IMG/VR virus record: IMGVR_UViG_3300021142_000006
Length of the DNA stretch: 64,000 nucleotides
Direction: 5' to 3' (one strand)
Source: a virus
Taxonomy: Duplodnaviria; Heunggongvirae; Uroviricota; Caudoviricetes
This document shows, piece by piece, positions 38,908-48,591 of this stretch; within the stretch, counting starts at the first letter, position 1; each line of letters begins with the position of its first letter. The position numbers were made by a program, and so were the translations under genes. The notes under the pieces were generated by a model. That model was not told the origin of the DNA. It ran no database searches and saw only the letters and a list, made by a program, of their open reading frames with translations.

Positions 38908-39916
38908 ATGTGTTTCTGAATATTTGAATTAATTGTGGACTTATACTGAAACGCTTTTCGTTAATTTCCAAACTTTTATTAAAATCACCATCTTTTGTTC
39001 TTTCAATAGCCGCTTTCCAATCACAATACATTTCAACAATATCTTGCAATGTCATATCACTTACTGGGCTATTTAATTCTCGATATTCATCAATATTCCA
39101 TGATTTAAATGTTAGATCTAAATGTGTGTTTGTTGGATCGTCAGATGTTATACATCTCCAAATACCAGCCGAAGAAGCATTTAAATACCCACGAGAAATT
39201 AATTCCTTCTCCATTTTCTCAGTACCAAATGTAATAAAATCTAATTCATTACATTGAACAACATATTTTACATTTGGCGTGGCTAAACCAGTATCATAGG
39301 CATGTTGTAAATTTTCTGATGGTGTTAACCATTCCAGGTTTTCAATGTAATTTTCAAGCTTTCTGCCATTTTTATGATTAACTTGATATCTATCATTTGG
39401 TGGTGATGGTAGAAAAGCATTAGCAACCAATGAATGTATGAAAAAGTTTTTACCAATATTATTAGTTTGTAATCTAATTCTCGCATAACCTTTTGGTGTT
39501 ACATGTGCTTTCATTATCATTTCCTTACCAATAAAATCACCTTGTGATTCTCTATGGATTATTGTTGATAATCGCTTAACCCTACCACGTGATGATATTT
39601 GATATATACCAACATAACCAGAAATATCCATCCACAATTCATTAAACTCCACAAATTGTGGGTGATGAGAGTTATTAGCATAGTGGTGGTCTAATGCCAC
39701 TTCTAATTCTTTAAGACTGGCTTTATATTCATCTGAACCATATGTCATATTTGACAGTCTTGGAGTTAACTCATCGAATAATTCCTTTTCTGGTGAATGT
39801 AACTTAGATTCATCATGAATATTAGCCCTTACTAATAATTCTTTTGAAAAATTGTTTAAATTTTGTGATACTTTGCGAATATGTTCGAGTGTATCAGCTT
39901 TGCTATCGTATGCCAT
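38894..39916 (-). CDS. HNH homing endonuclease (NUMOD4 + HNH_3 modules) with flanking domains
   Basis: WMDISGYVGIYQISSRGRVKRL matches NUMOD4. QVNHKNGRKLENYIENLEWLTPSEN matches HNH_3. Confidence 0.7.
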   Translation of the reverse strand: MAYDSKADTLEHIRKVSQNLNNFSKELLVRANIHDESKLHSPEKELFDELTPRLSNMTYGSDEYKASLKELEVALDHHYANNSHHPQFVEFNELWMDISGYVGIYQISSRGRVKRLSTIIHRESQGDFIGKEMIMKAHVTPKGYARIRLQTNNIGKNFFIHSLVANAFLPSPPNDRYQVNHKNGRKLENYIENLEWLTPSENLQHAYDTGLATPNVKYVVQCNELDFITFGTEKMEKELISRGYLNASSAGIWRCITSDDPTNTHLDLTFKSWNIDEYRELNSPVSDMTLQDIVEMYCDWKAAIERTKDGDFNKSLEINEKRFSISPQLIQIFRNTYERG

Positions 39917-39918
39917 AA

Positions 39919-40230
39919 TTAAAATATAAAATCTTGTAAATCGTAAGCATCTTTTTTGCTTAACATGAAATCAAAACTTTCGGTTAATGTTTTGATTCGT
40001 ACAGTTCTAACACCAAACATACCATCAAGACTGAAAGAAGTTATACTTGATAATGGTATAACTTTTACAGATTTGGTAAAGCCATATACAATAATAGATA
40101 TTGCATTTTTTGTTGCTTTAATTGTTTTTGTAGCTGTACATGAATAATACCTTTCGTTAGGGTTTTTGTATGGCTCAAAAACTAATGGTTTAAATAAACC
40201 GTTTTCATCAAACATATCTGATGGTAGCAT
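39919..40230 (-). CDS. hypothetical protein
   Basis: 103-aa ORF. Confidence 0.45.
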   Translation of the reverse strand: MLPSDMFDENGLFKPLVFEPYKNPNERYYSCTATKTIKATKNAISIIVYGFTKSVKVIPLSSITSFSLDGMFGVRTVRIKTLTESFDFMLSKKDAYDLQDFIF

Positions 40231-40240
40231 ATTAGAAATG

Positions 40241-40495
40241 TTATTTTAGTATATTGTCAGAATATTCTTTTGGGTGCTGTTTTTCTTTCAGCTTAGCAGC
40301 TTTTTCCGCTTTCTTTGATTTTGTTTCCTTACCTTTTTCATCGGCAACAGAAACAGTAGCTGGTTTAGAAATTTCACGGACATTTTTCTTCCATTCTGAT
40401 TTTGGTGCATAGGTAGCACGGCCAAAGCTAACCTCATTGTCAGCAACTTCATTACTTACACGCTTGTAAGTGTCTTGTACTTTGATACATTTCAT
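40241..40495 (-). CDS. Lys-rich hypothetical protein
   Basis: 84-aa ORF. Confidence 0.4.
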   Translation of the reverse strand: MKCIKVQDTYKRVSNEVADNEVSFGRATYAPKSEWKKNVREISKPATVSVADEKGKETKSKKAEKAAKLKEKQHPKEYSDNILK

Positions 40496-40549
40496 ATTAT
40501 TTATCTTTAGGTTACAAAAATAATTAAAAATTTCGATTAAAACAACTTT

Positions 40550-41187
40550 ATGAGTAAAACTTTAAAAAACGAATATATGCGCCAGTACCGTAAAAAAAAC
40601 AAAGAAGCGCTTAAAGAACAAAAGAAAAAATCAGATAAAAAATATTACGATAAAAACATTGATAAATTGAAAAGCTATACCAAGGAATATCGTGAGAAAA
40701 ACAAAGAACGCAAACTAAATATAACGAACTTAACAAAGAACATATTAAGGTAAAAGAAGCCCAATATAGATCTGATAATAAACTTAAAATCAGAGCTTAT
40801 CGTAATGCTTATAATAGTAGCCGAAAAGAAAAAGATCCTCTGTTTAATTTAAAAGCCAATATGAGATGTTCAATTGTCAATGCAATTAAAAAAGGTGGAT
40901 ATAAAAAGAATAGTAAATCTGAAACAATTCTTGGTTGCACATTTGATGTGTTTAAAACACATCTTGAGAATCTATTTGAGCCCTGGATGTCTTGGGACAA
41001 TTACGGAAACCCAAAAGACAATATCTACACCCCTAATAAAACATGGGATATCGATCATGTAATACCATTAGCCACAGCGCAAAATGAGAACGACATAATA
41101 GCTTTAAATCATTACACTAATCTAAAGCCACTATGTAGTTATCAAAATAGGTTTATTAAGAAAGACAAACATGTCGTATTAACTTAA
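40550..41187 (+). pseudogene. HNH endonuclease with N-terminal YxxxNKE repeats, interrupted by a frameshift near 40700-40750
   Basis: ORF 40550..40753 (frame 2) carries Y..KN.E..K repeats. Frame 1 is open from 40696 and continues the same repeat pattern (KYNELNKEHIKV...) into ORF 40861..41187, which has an HNH motif (DIDHVIPLA...N...N). The frames overlap at an A-rich tract. Confidence 0.5.
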
Positions 41188-41378
41188 CTACCTACAATAT
41201 TAACAGTTATCCCATGCATACAAGCGTATTTGATGGTTTTACCAAAAATGTCTGTTTCTTCTATGTCAAACGCCTTATGTGATAATACTATAGTTCTCAC
41301 ATCAGTTTTAAGCATCTTTTTGACCATTTCAACAAAATCCGCAGGTATATCATTTTCAAGATCCAGAATAGTTTTCAT
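41184..41378 (-). CDS. hypothetical protein
   Basis: 64-aa ORF. Confidence 0.35.
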   Translation of the reverse strand: MKTILDLENDIPADFVEMVKKMLKTDVRTIVLSHKAFDIEETDIFGKTIKYACMHGITVNIVGS

Positions 41379-41441
41379 CTTTATATTTTTTTACAAATTT
41401 ATTAATAATAATTGATAGAAACAAAATTAGTTATCCACTTT

Positions 41442-41849
41442 TTAAAGGATTTGGATATTTGGGTATTTATTTTGAGTTGAGGTAATATAGGAAGTCATGT
41501 CTTCAACTGTATCAAAATACTTGTTACGAGTATTTCCGTTGGAGAATCGCATAAAAATATGTGGTTTATAATATACATTTTTATCAGATGGGTCAACATA
41601 AGAATTATGTGATTTAACAAAATCATCAATCTTATCTGAATCGATTATCATGTCTGGTTCATAACCTAATATTTGACCAGATAAACCATTTTTGTAATAT
41701 TCATAATGATCTTGTGGCTGAGGTTTTTCACCTCTTAAACGAGCAAAAAATCCAGGTTTAGTTGGTTTAGTAATATGTTCAAAATCTGCATTGTACTCGT
41801 CAATTATTGTTCGCATTGTGCAAACTTGATTCAAGTTAAATAGTCTCAT
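41442..41849 (-). CDS. hypothetical protein
   Basis: 135-aa ORF. Confidence 0.45.
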   Translation of the reverse strand: MRLFNLNQVCTMRTIIDEYNADFEHITKPTKPGFFARLRGEKPQPQDHYEYYKNGLSGQILGYEPDMIIDSDKIDDFVKSHNSYVDPSDKNVYYKPHIFMRFSNGNTRNKYFDTVEDMTSYITSTQNKYPNIQIL

Positions 41850-41852
41850 AAA

Positions 41853-42576
41853 TTTTATTTATAATCTTTTTCTACATAAGTTACTTTACCATTACTATAG
41901 GTTCGTTTATATCTAACCCAATAACCAATAGTATCACCCCAGCTATCTGAAATTTTACCTTGCTCAACAGGCTCATCAACATAAATTTGTTTTGATTCAA
42001 ACCTGCTTGTGATGCAACATCACGAATATATTCCGTTGTTGTAAAATCCTCAATACTATCTTTAATACAAGCAAAATGCAATGTTTGACCGTGGAAATAT
42101 TGATGACAACCCTGGAAATAGTTCAATAACTTCTCATGCATGGAGTTGAATTGGTCATTATCAGGAAAAACATCGTTTAACCAATACCATTGGACAACAG
42201 CGGCTTCATATAAAGACGTTGGGGTGTCGGCATTGAACTCAAGCATCTTTGGTATTCCATCCTTGCCCATTGCAAAGTCAAAACGGCCATAAAAACTTGG
42301 TTCTTCATTGTCCCATGATCGTATAATCATTGGCACCAATTCTGGATTGATGAATAATTTATCAAATAAATTATTATCAATAACGTGTTGAACGGCCTGT
42401 AAACATAGATCAAAAACAACATTTGAAGCATTCTCAATGGTGTTTATTTCATCCATTGTGAATTTATAATAAGCATCTTCATTCCAATACTTGTTGTCAA
42501 GGGAATGAAATTCAAATGACAGACTTTCCAGTTTATTAATATAATCTGGTCTTGCAGATATTTTTATGCGTTGCAT
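41853..42576 (-). CDS. glutathionylspermidine-synthase-like (YgiC/YjfC family) ATP-grasp enzyme, apparent frameshift near 42003
   Basis: N-terminus MQRIKISARPDYINKL..FEFH, then RFDFAMG and LEFNADTPTS hallmark motifs. The listed ORF ends at 41881 with a non-homologous tail. Shifting frame at the CAAAACAAA tract gives ESKQIYVDEPVEQGKISDSWGDTIGYWVRYKRTYSNGKVTYVEKDYK to a stop at about 41853. Confidence 0.6.
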
Positions 42577-42578
42577 AG

Positions 42579-42959
42579 TTATGATTTTATACGTATATAA
42601 ATTTTATTTGGGTGTTTACCGACCCAAACAAATGAATTGACAGGACAAAGAGCGACATGTTTGCCTTTTTTATCGTTAGGAAATTTGCATAGGTAATAAC
42701 CCCAATCCATTTCCTCATCGTATTTTGACAATACACAATCAGACGGAATTTCTTCAGTGGAAAGTAATAATGTAATTTCATCAGTACTATTGGATAATCG
42801 ATCAAGCATTTCTGGGGCACCATCGACCATAAGACAGTCGTTAAAATCGCCACCTTGCTCAATATACTCTGGTAGTATAGCAAACCAGAGATCTTGCATC
42901 TTTTTAAATTCTATTAATCGCATCATAAATTGTCTGTTTATAAGACAAAGATAAAACAA
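42579..42959 (-). CDS. hypothetical protein
   Basis: 126-aa ORF immediately upstream of the GspS-like gene. Confidence 0.45.
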   Translation of the reverse strand: MFYLCLINRQFMMRLIEFKKMQDLWFAILPEYIEQGGDFNDCLMVDGAPEMLDRLSNSTDEITLLLSTEEIPSDCVLSKYDEEMDWGYYLCKFPNDKKGKHVALCPVNSFVWVGKHPNKIYIRIKS

Positions 42960-42969
42960 TTAATTCGAA

Positions 42970-43455
42970 CTAACAAATAATTTTTTGAATATTTTTTTCG
43001 TGACCAGTTGTTATGGATTCAATTGATTCGAGTGGATCACCATCGTAATCCATAGCGCAAATATATTGCTCACCCTTATATTCCTTCGTCTTCAAGGTAA
43101 TCAAATCAATGTCAAATCTTTCGCTGTTGTCCAAAAATAATTCGAAAGAATGGAATAAACCTTTAAGATATGTTTCTTTTACATAATGAGAACCTGATTT
43201 TAGGTTCATATTTTCAACCTCTTCGGATAATAAATCATTATACCCATAAACATCAACAATCTCACCTTCATCATCTATAACCTCAATTGTTGCAGTTTCA
43301 ACAAGTGTCCCATATAACTCAAAGATAGGATTATTGTCATCTATTAATTCTGGGTTAGCTTGTATCTTATCCCAATTTTTAACCTGATCCTTTGTTAATT
43401 TGCCAGCTGTAAGGTCAACACCAGCTCCTTTTATATTGATAAGAAAAATTCTCAT
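42970..43455 (-). CDS. hypothetical protein
   Basis: 161-aa ORF. Confidence 0.5.
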   Translation of the reverse strand: MRIFLINIKGAGVDLTAGKLTKDQVKNWDKIQANPELIDDNNPIFELYGTLVETATIEVIDDEGEIVDVYGYNDLLSEEVENMNLKSGSHYVKETYLKGLFHSFELFLDNSERFDIDLITLKTKEYKGEQYICAMDYDGDPLESIESITTGHEKNIQKIIC

Positions 43456-43511
43456 TTAAGTAATGTGATTTTGAAAATAAATATGTATCAATTTTTCAAT
43501 GTTCTGAAAAA

Positions 43512-43931
43512 TTAATAATTTCTTTCAAGATCACGTTTTATATCTCTCTCTTTAATCGCCTCTTTCTTATTATAATTCTTCTTACCCTTACACATCGCAA
43601 TAACCATCTTAAATAGGCCATTATCGTTCCTAAATACCTTTAATGGTATAATTGTAAGATTGGCATCTAATTCACGCTTAAACTTCCTTAATTCACTTTT
43701 ATTCAACAATAACTTCTTATCTCTCTTTGGATCATGAGAATAAGCCGTTTTTACTTCATTGATATTAAAGTTTTTAACATATAACTCATTACCATCGAAA
43801 TAGCAATAGCCATCGACCAAAGATGCTTTGCCATCTTTTAATTGTTTGATTTCAGAACTTTGCAATACGATACCTGCTGTTTCTGTAAACAGAAATTCGT
43901 AATCAAATTTAGCTTTTCTATTTTCTATCAT
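43512..43931 (-). CDS. smpB: SsrA-binding protein SmpB
   Basis: Near-colinear match to bacterial SmpB: NRKAKFDYEFLFTETAGIVLQSSEIKQLKDGKASLVDGY, DPKRDKKLLLNKSELRKF and CKGKKNYNKKEAIKERD. Confidence 0.85.
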   Translation of the reverse strand: MIENRKAKFDYEFLFTETAGIVLQSSEIKQLKDGKASLVDGYCYFDGNELYVKNFNINEVKTAYSHDPKRDKKLLLNKSELRKFKRELDANLTIIPLKVFRNDNGLFKMVIAMCKGKKNYNKKEAIKERDIKRDLERNY

Positions 43932-44430
43932 GGTCTAAATTAAATAATGTGTTAATTAATTGGTCGATGTTATCAAACATTTCTATATTGTACTTTGAAC
44001 AAAAGATGTCAACGTTACCTTTGCGCCAATAACCTTCTGGACAACAAACAAACATTTTACCAGGTTGAGCAAATTTTCCAAGTTCAAGTAAAGATATGGG
44101 TGACATTGTTTCAGGAATGAAATTCATGATTATATAATCAGAATGTTCCAAAGCATTTAATTCCCATTCCACTTGTTGAAAGAATTGTGCGTTGGTTATA
44201 TTTTGTTCCCAAGAGGAATCCCAATCACTCCTTCTTGGGTTAAATACGTTAAAAGAACTTTGTAATTTTCCACTAACATATTTTTGCCAGTCTTCGGCTG
44301 TCCCTTGTTCTATGCTCCCACCAAGAAATACAGATTTAATATTATGGTATCTATCTGCAATATTCATTGGGGGTGTAAATATTCTATTTTTCATAAAAAA
44401 AAATGTCCCACCTTTAAGTAGGTAGGACAA
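43918..44430 (-). CDS. nucleoside 2-deoxyribosyltransferase-like / DNPH1-like protein
   Basis: SVFLGGSIEQG block and overall Rossmann-like pattern. The assignment is weak. Confidence 0.35.
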   Translation of the reverse strand: MSYLLKGGTFFFMKNRIFTPPMNIADRYHNIKSVFLGGSIEQGTAEDWQKYVSGKLQSSFNVFNPRRSDWDSSWEQNITNAQFFQQVEWELNALEHSDYIIMNFIPETMSPISLLELGKFAQPGKMFVCCPEGYWRKGNVDIFCSKYNIEMFDNIDQLINTLFNLDHDRK

Positions 44431-44459
44431 AATTAATAAACATTTTTGATTATTCCAAA

Positions 44460-45116
44460 TTAATACTTAACAAATTTAAAACCTGTCAATTTTTCAACAT
44501 CAGATACTTTAACAACCCATTTAGATTTTCCAACTGGGTGATCGAATGTGTTATTCATGATATAAGCATACCAAGTATTAGTTTTAACAATATAAATAAC
44601 TTTCCAGCATTGTGTAGGTACAGTTAAAGATTTAACTTTTTTAGCGTTACCCACTGAACCGCACCATACATAAACAGAGTCATTTTTTAAAGTATAATCA
44701 CGTGTGTCTTCCTCAACAGTTTTCCAGTCACCAGCATTTGTTGCATGTGGCTGTGGTGCCATGTTGGAAAAATAGAAACATTCCACCATTTCATCAGCAT
44801 CACATTGGTTATCCGCAGCTGGACACATATGACCTCTATCATAACCTGAACCAACATAATCCTTTCCAAGATTTGTTTCTTTATATAATTTTGGATCTGG
44901 TTGGAAATTATCCTTACGTGATAATTTATCATCACCACAAGATAAACGTGACTTTGTGTCAATCCATTTAACCAACACTGGATATTTCAATACAGTGTCA
45001 AATAATGTGGTGTAACCCTTATGTTTAATCTCAACGCAATTCTTTGTGCTAACTTGAGCAAATGATAATATTGTAGTTAGAACAAATATTACCGATAAAA
45101 TCATTCTTTTCATCAT
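44460..45116 (-). CDS. secreted DNA/RNA non-specific endonuclease (Serratia NucA/EndoG family)
   Basis: Signal peptide, DRGHM catalytic motif and the downstream NMAPQ block of the family. Confidence 0.7.
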   Translation of the reverse strand: MMKRMILSVIFVLTTILSFAQVSTKNCVEIKHKGYTTLFDTVLKYPVLVKWIDTKSRLSCGDDKLSRKDNFQPDPKLYKETNLGKDYVGSGYDRGHMCPAADNQCDADEMVECFYFSNMAPQPHATNAGDWKTVEEDTRDYTLKNDSVYVWCGSVGNAKKVKSLTVPTQCWKVIYIVKTNTWYAYIMNNTFDHPVGKSKWVVKVSDVEKLTGFKFVKY

Positions 45117-45336
45117 ATATTTTTAGTTTAATAATAAATATATGATAAAACATTAAAAAATAAAGGTTAATTCTTCTTAGGATTCCTCAATAAAAACAGA
45201 ATCTCCTGTATAAATGCTTCAATTACAAATAATTCGATCCAATGCTTCATCAACATCGTATCATTCTTTTGATATAACCAAATGTATATAACAATTATTA
45301 GTAATATGACAGATAGTATTGATATTTTAAAAATTT

Positions 45337-45855
45337 TCATAGTAAATTATTTTCAATGTATTCAAACATTTCTTTATATGTTTCATCATATAAAGAATCC
45401 TTGAAATGTGGGTATTCTAACACATATTTTTTATGCATAGATGAACCATTATTTTTGGAATATTGCATATTTGCAATACGATCACACAATTTTATATAAG
45501 TAGCATAAGGTAGATTTCTGATACCTTCATAATATTTGGCATTTGCCCTTTCAAACCTATTCTTACCTTTTTCGTTGGTAACAGCATAAACATACTCAGC
45601 AACCTTTTCACTATTGGTTATATCCATAATATCATTATATGTTACCCTTGCATCTTCTATTGCATCATGGAAATAACAACCAGTTTCAACATCAAAATAT
45701 TCATTTTGTGGTATGAGATGTTTGAATTGCCTACATACATAGACAACCATATCCAAATGATGTACATATGGTAAGGTTTTATCATATTTTTGATTAACTT
45801 CTTCATGGAGCTTGCTGGCAGTATCTCTGTGGAAGTTATAATAACGCATCATCAT
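45337..45855 (-). CDS. HD-domain phosphohydrolase
   Basis: H...HD...D pattern (HHLDMV ... FHDAIED). Confidence 0.55.
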   Translation of the reverse strand: MMMRYYNFHRDTASKLHEEVNQKYDKTLPYVHHLDMVVYVCRQFKHLIPQNEYFDVETGCYFHDAIEDARVTYNDIMDITNSEKVAEYVYAVTNEKGKNRFERANAKYYEGIRNLPYATYIKLCDRIANMQYSKNNGSSMHKKYVLEYPHFKDSLYDETYKEMFEYIENNLL

Positions 45856-46559
45856 GACTTTTCGTTTTTGCTTTTAACCTTTATTTTGAATCCAAATGAT
45901 GTGGATTGGATTGTTTTGACTTTATCTGTGCTTATGAAATTATAAGTATTTTGTGCAACAAAGGAAATGGTTTTTCCTGGAAATAATGAAATTGATGATG
46001 AACCAAACATATTATAATCATTCATATCATTTACACTTGGTTGGTAGTAATATTCGAATGAAAAAGCAACAGCTGGGTATGTCAATTTTAATTTTGCTCT
46101 GAATGAATTTCTTAATATTGTTTGTAAACTCAATTCAGAATATCTTCTATATTCATAAACAGAACAATAAGATAAAGCAAGGAATAATTTATCACTGAAA
46201 ACATACTTTTTACCCACACCCAAACCAATCCAATTATCTGATGATATTGAACGAATCAATGATGAGTTATATTCATGATAGGCGAATACGGTTATATCTT
46301 TTTCTTTGTAACCAATATCTTCTCTGGTTAAAAACTCATTGTCAATTTGTTTGGTTCCAGTATATTTCAATGAATAGTACGGATTGATATCCAAAACAAA
46401 ATTACCACAATCAAAATGATTTGATCCATTAATCATTAATGCTGGTTGATCACCAACCTTTGTGGTTGCATATGTTCCAGTAATGTTATTATCAAGGCTA
46501 TAATTAATTTGACCATAACCCAAAGTCGGAATCAATAATAATAGTAAAAACTTTTTCAT
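45852..46559 (-). CDS. signal-peptide beta-barrel outer-membrane-protein-like protein
   Basis: Signal peptide, alternating hydrophobic beta-strand pattern and aromatic residues near the C-terminus. Confidence 0.45.
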   Translation of the reverse strand: MKKFLLLLLIPTLGYGQINYSLDNNITGTYATTKVGDQPALMINGSNHFDCGNFVLDINPYYSLKYTGTKQIDNEFLTREDIGYKEKDITVFAYHEYNSSLIRSISSDNWIGLGVGKKYVFSDKLFLALSYCSVYEYRRYSELSLQTILRNSFRAKLKLTYPAVAFSFEYYYQPSVNDMNDYNMFGSSSISLFPGKTISFVAQNTYNFISTDKVKTIQSTSFGFKIKVKSKNEKS

Positions 46560-46566
46560 ATTTTAT

Positions 46567-47388
46567 TTATAATTTTGAAAATCTATCAGCATTTCGTTCA
46601 GCAGCTTCTTTTAGGTAAGCTAAAACCTGTGGAACCTCATGTTCTTCTATATTTTTAATGTAGACACCACGTGATGCTCCCTTCCTTGGGTGAAGAACCC
46701 AAAGTTGCAAAGCTACCCTTGCCTCTGGTTCATCATAGATGTGACCACCATCGCAATGTTCACAATGACCATATACACCAAGACGTTTTGCCCTTGTTTC
46801 AACACATATCCATTTATTAATAGCATCGTGACCAAATCCACGGCCATGCTGGGCTTGATTAATCGTTTCAACCGAAGGTATTTGTTCTGGAGTTGGGGGA
46901 GCAATTTCAACTTTCTCACCATCAACCCAACCTAACCACTTTTGTAAATCCTCATCATAATAACCATTATAATCAGTAAAATCACCTAATCTTTTGCGTT
47001 TCAAAAGTTCATAAACTTCATCTTGAGTAATTTTATCTGACCACTTTCGACCAGTATTTCCAAAGTCATACCAATCATCGGATATTCGTTTTGTGGCTGG
47101 ATTTAATGCCTCACCATCACAATGAGGACATTCGTGATTTTCACGGTAAATCTCAAAATAGAAGTTTACAATTTCATTGTAATCATCGAGGTTCCAATGT
47201 TCAGCAAATGTTTCCAATTCCTGTGGTGAACCCCAACCCTTATTCTCACCTATCATATAATCCTCATGGTTACCCCAATAAGGATAGTCTGGATTTTTCT
47301 TTAGTAATTCAAGTTGCCATTCTTTGGCTTTCAATAGTTCGAGATCTTTCTGATCGTATTTATTGTTTAAATCTGGATAACTTCTCAT
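46567..47388 (-). CDS. hypothetical protein
   Basis: 273-aa ORF containing CPHC and CEHC pairs. Confidence 0.5.
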   Translation of the reverse strand: MRSYPDLNNKYDQKDLELLKAKEWQLELLKKNPDYPYWGNHEDYMIGENKGWGSPQELETFAEHWNLDDYNEIVNFYFEIYRENHECPHCDGEALNPATKRISDDWYDFGNTGRKWSDKITQDEVYELLKRKRLGDFTDYNGYYDEDLQKWLGWVDGEKVEIAPPTPEQIPSVETINQAQHGRGFGHDAINKWICVETRAKRLGVYGHCEHCDGGHIYDEPEARVALQLWVLHPRKGASRGVYIKNIEEHEVPQVLAYLKEAAERNADRFSKL

Positions 47389-47825
47389 ATTCTGAATTTT
47401 AATATTTTATTGTGATAAACTGACATTACACTTCCTTGACCGTGAGTAATTGCAAATTGCCAACCCATATATTCATAGATGTCTGATGGCCAATTATTTG
47501 TTAAACTATCCAGTGGTTTTGTTAACTCTGTACCCTCAGCCTCAGCCAGGTTAAATACAGCGTATAAAATTTCCCACGGATATGGTTCACAACCTTGTTT
47601 ATAGCAAACATTATCCCAACGGTCATCGTGACGTTTTTCAATATTAATCATTAATTGGTCAAATAATTCTTGATTACCATTAAAGAACTTTTTAACTCTT
47701 TCACGATTGCCTTTTTTACGTTCTTCATTTAAACCAAATTCTTTTAAGGACTCTTTACCTTCATCACTCTCAAAATATTCTTCAAGCGAATCGTATTGTC
47801 CGTCTTTACCCCATTTCATAATCAT
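47385..47825 (-). CDS. hypothetical protein
   Basis: 146-aa ORF. Confidence 0.5.
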   Translation of the reverse strand: MIMKWGKDGQYDSLEEYFESDEGKESLKEFGLNEERKKGNRERVKKFFNGNQELFDQLMINIEKRHDDRWDNVCYKQGCEPYPWEILYAVFNLAEAEGTELTKPLDSLTNNWPSDIYEYMGWQFAITHGQGSVMSVYHNKILKFRI

Positions 47826-47918
47826 TAATTTTAAACAAAGATATAAAATTAATTTCAGAAAAACAAAAATACCCCCAGTTTTTTTTTCTGAGGGTATTCA
47901 TTTAAATTATTTATGTTA

Positions 47919-48557
47919 TTACCAGCTACCGCCAGAATCAAATGATGATGATGATGAACTACTGTCATATGAAGAAGATGAACTGCTGTCATATGAGGAA
48001 GAAGAGGAACTACTATCATATGATGAACTATTGTCATAAGAAGGACTGCTATCGTAAGAAGGAGAGTTATCATAAGATGGTGATGAATCAATCCAAGATT
48101 GTTGTGTAGAACCTGGGTCAGAAGGTGTAAATGTTGTATCAGACATTGGTACAGTATTATCCTGAACGAAAGTATCTGTATTGTCCTGTACAATAGGATC
48201 TGTATTATCTTGAACAAAATCATCAGATTGACTACTCATGATAATATCTGCGGCCATAACTAAAGGTGTTACAACATCAACATCGTCATCTTCATCAATC
48301 ATCGGTTTTTCATTTTCAAAATAAATCCCCTTTTTATTTAATTCTTGGATATGATCATTTAATTTAGGTTGTGTCGGTGGCACTGGTTCATACATTTTAA
48401 ATGAATCCGTTTGTGAGTTTATTGATTCTGGTTCATGATGATGGTTTTTTTCTATATCATCATTTTTTTGTAATTTTCTTATCATAATAATAAGAATAAT
48501 AAGAACCGATAATACAATTGGCGAAATAATCAAAAGAGATGTAATTGTGTTTGACAT
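47919..48557 (-). CDS. membrane-anchored protein with Ser/Tyr/Asp-rich tandem repeats
   Basis: N-terminal TM helix. The C-terminal SPSYD/SSSSYD repeats are encoded by about 24-bp DNA tandem repeats at 47930-48080. Confidence 0.5.
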   Translation of the reverse strand: MSNTITSLLIISPIVLSVLIILIIMIRKLQKNDDIEKNHHHEPESINSQTDSFKMYEPVPPTQPKLNDHIQELNKKGIYFENEKPMIDEDDDVDVVTPLVMAADIIMSSQSDDFVQDNTDPIVQDNTDTFVQDNTVPMSDTTFTPSDPGSTQQSWIDSSPSYDNSPSYDSSPSYDNSSSYDSSSSSSSYDSSSSSSYDSSSSSSSFDSGGSW

Positions 48558-48591
48558 AGATTTTTTTTTATGAATTTAATAATTGTATCAA

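Noticed and set aside
44687-44971. ORFs 44687..44962 (-) and 44702..44971 (+) inside the secreted nuclease gene
   Set aside because: Overlap the DRGH-nuclease ORF, which has a recognisable catalytic motif.
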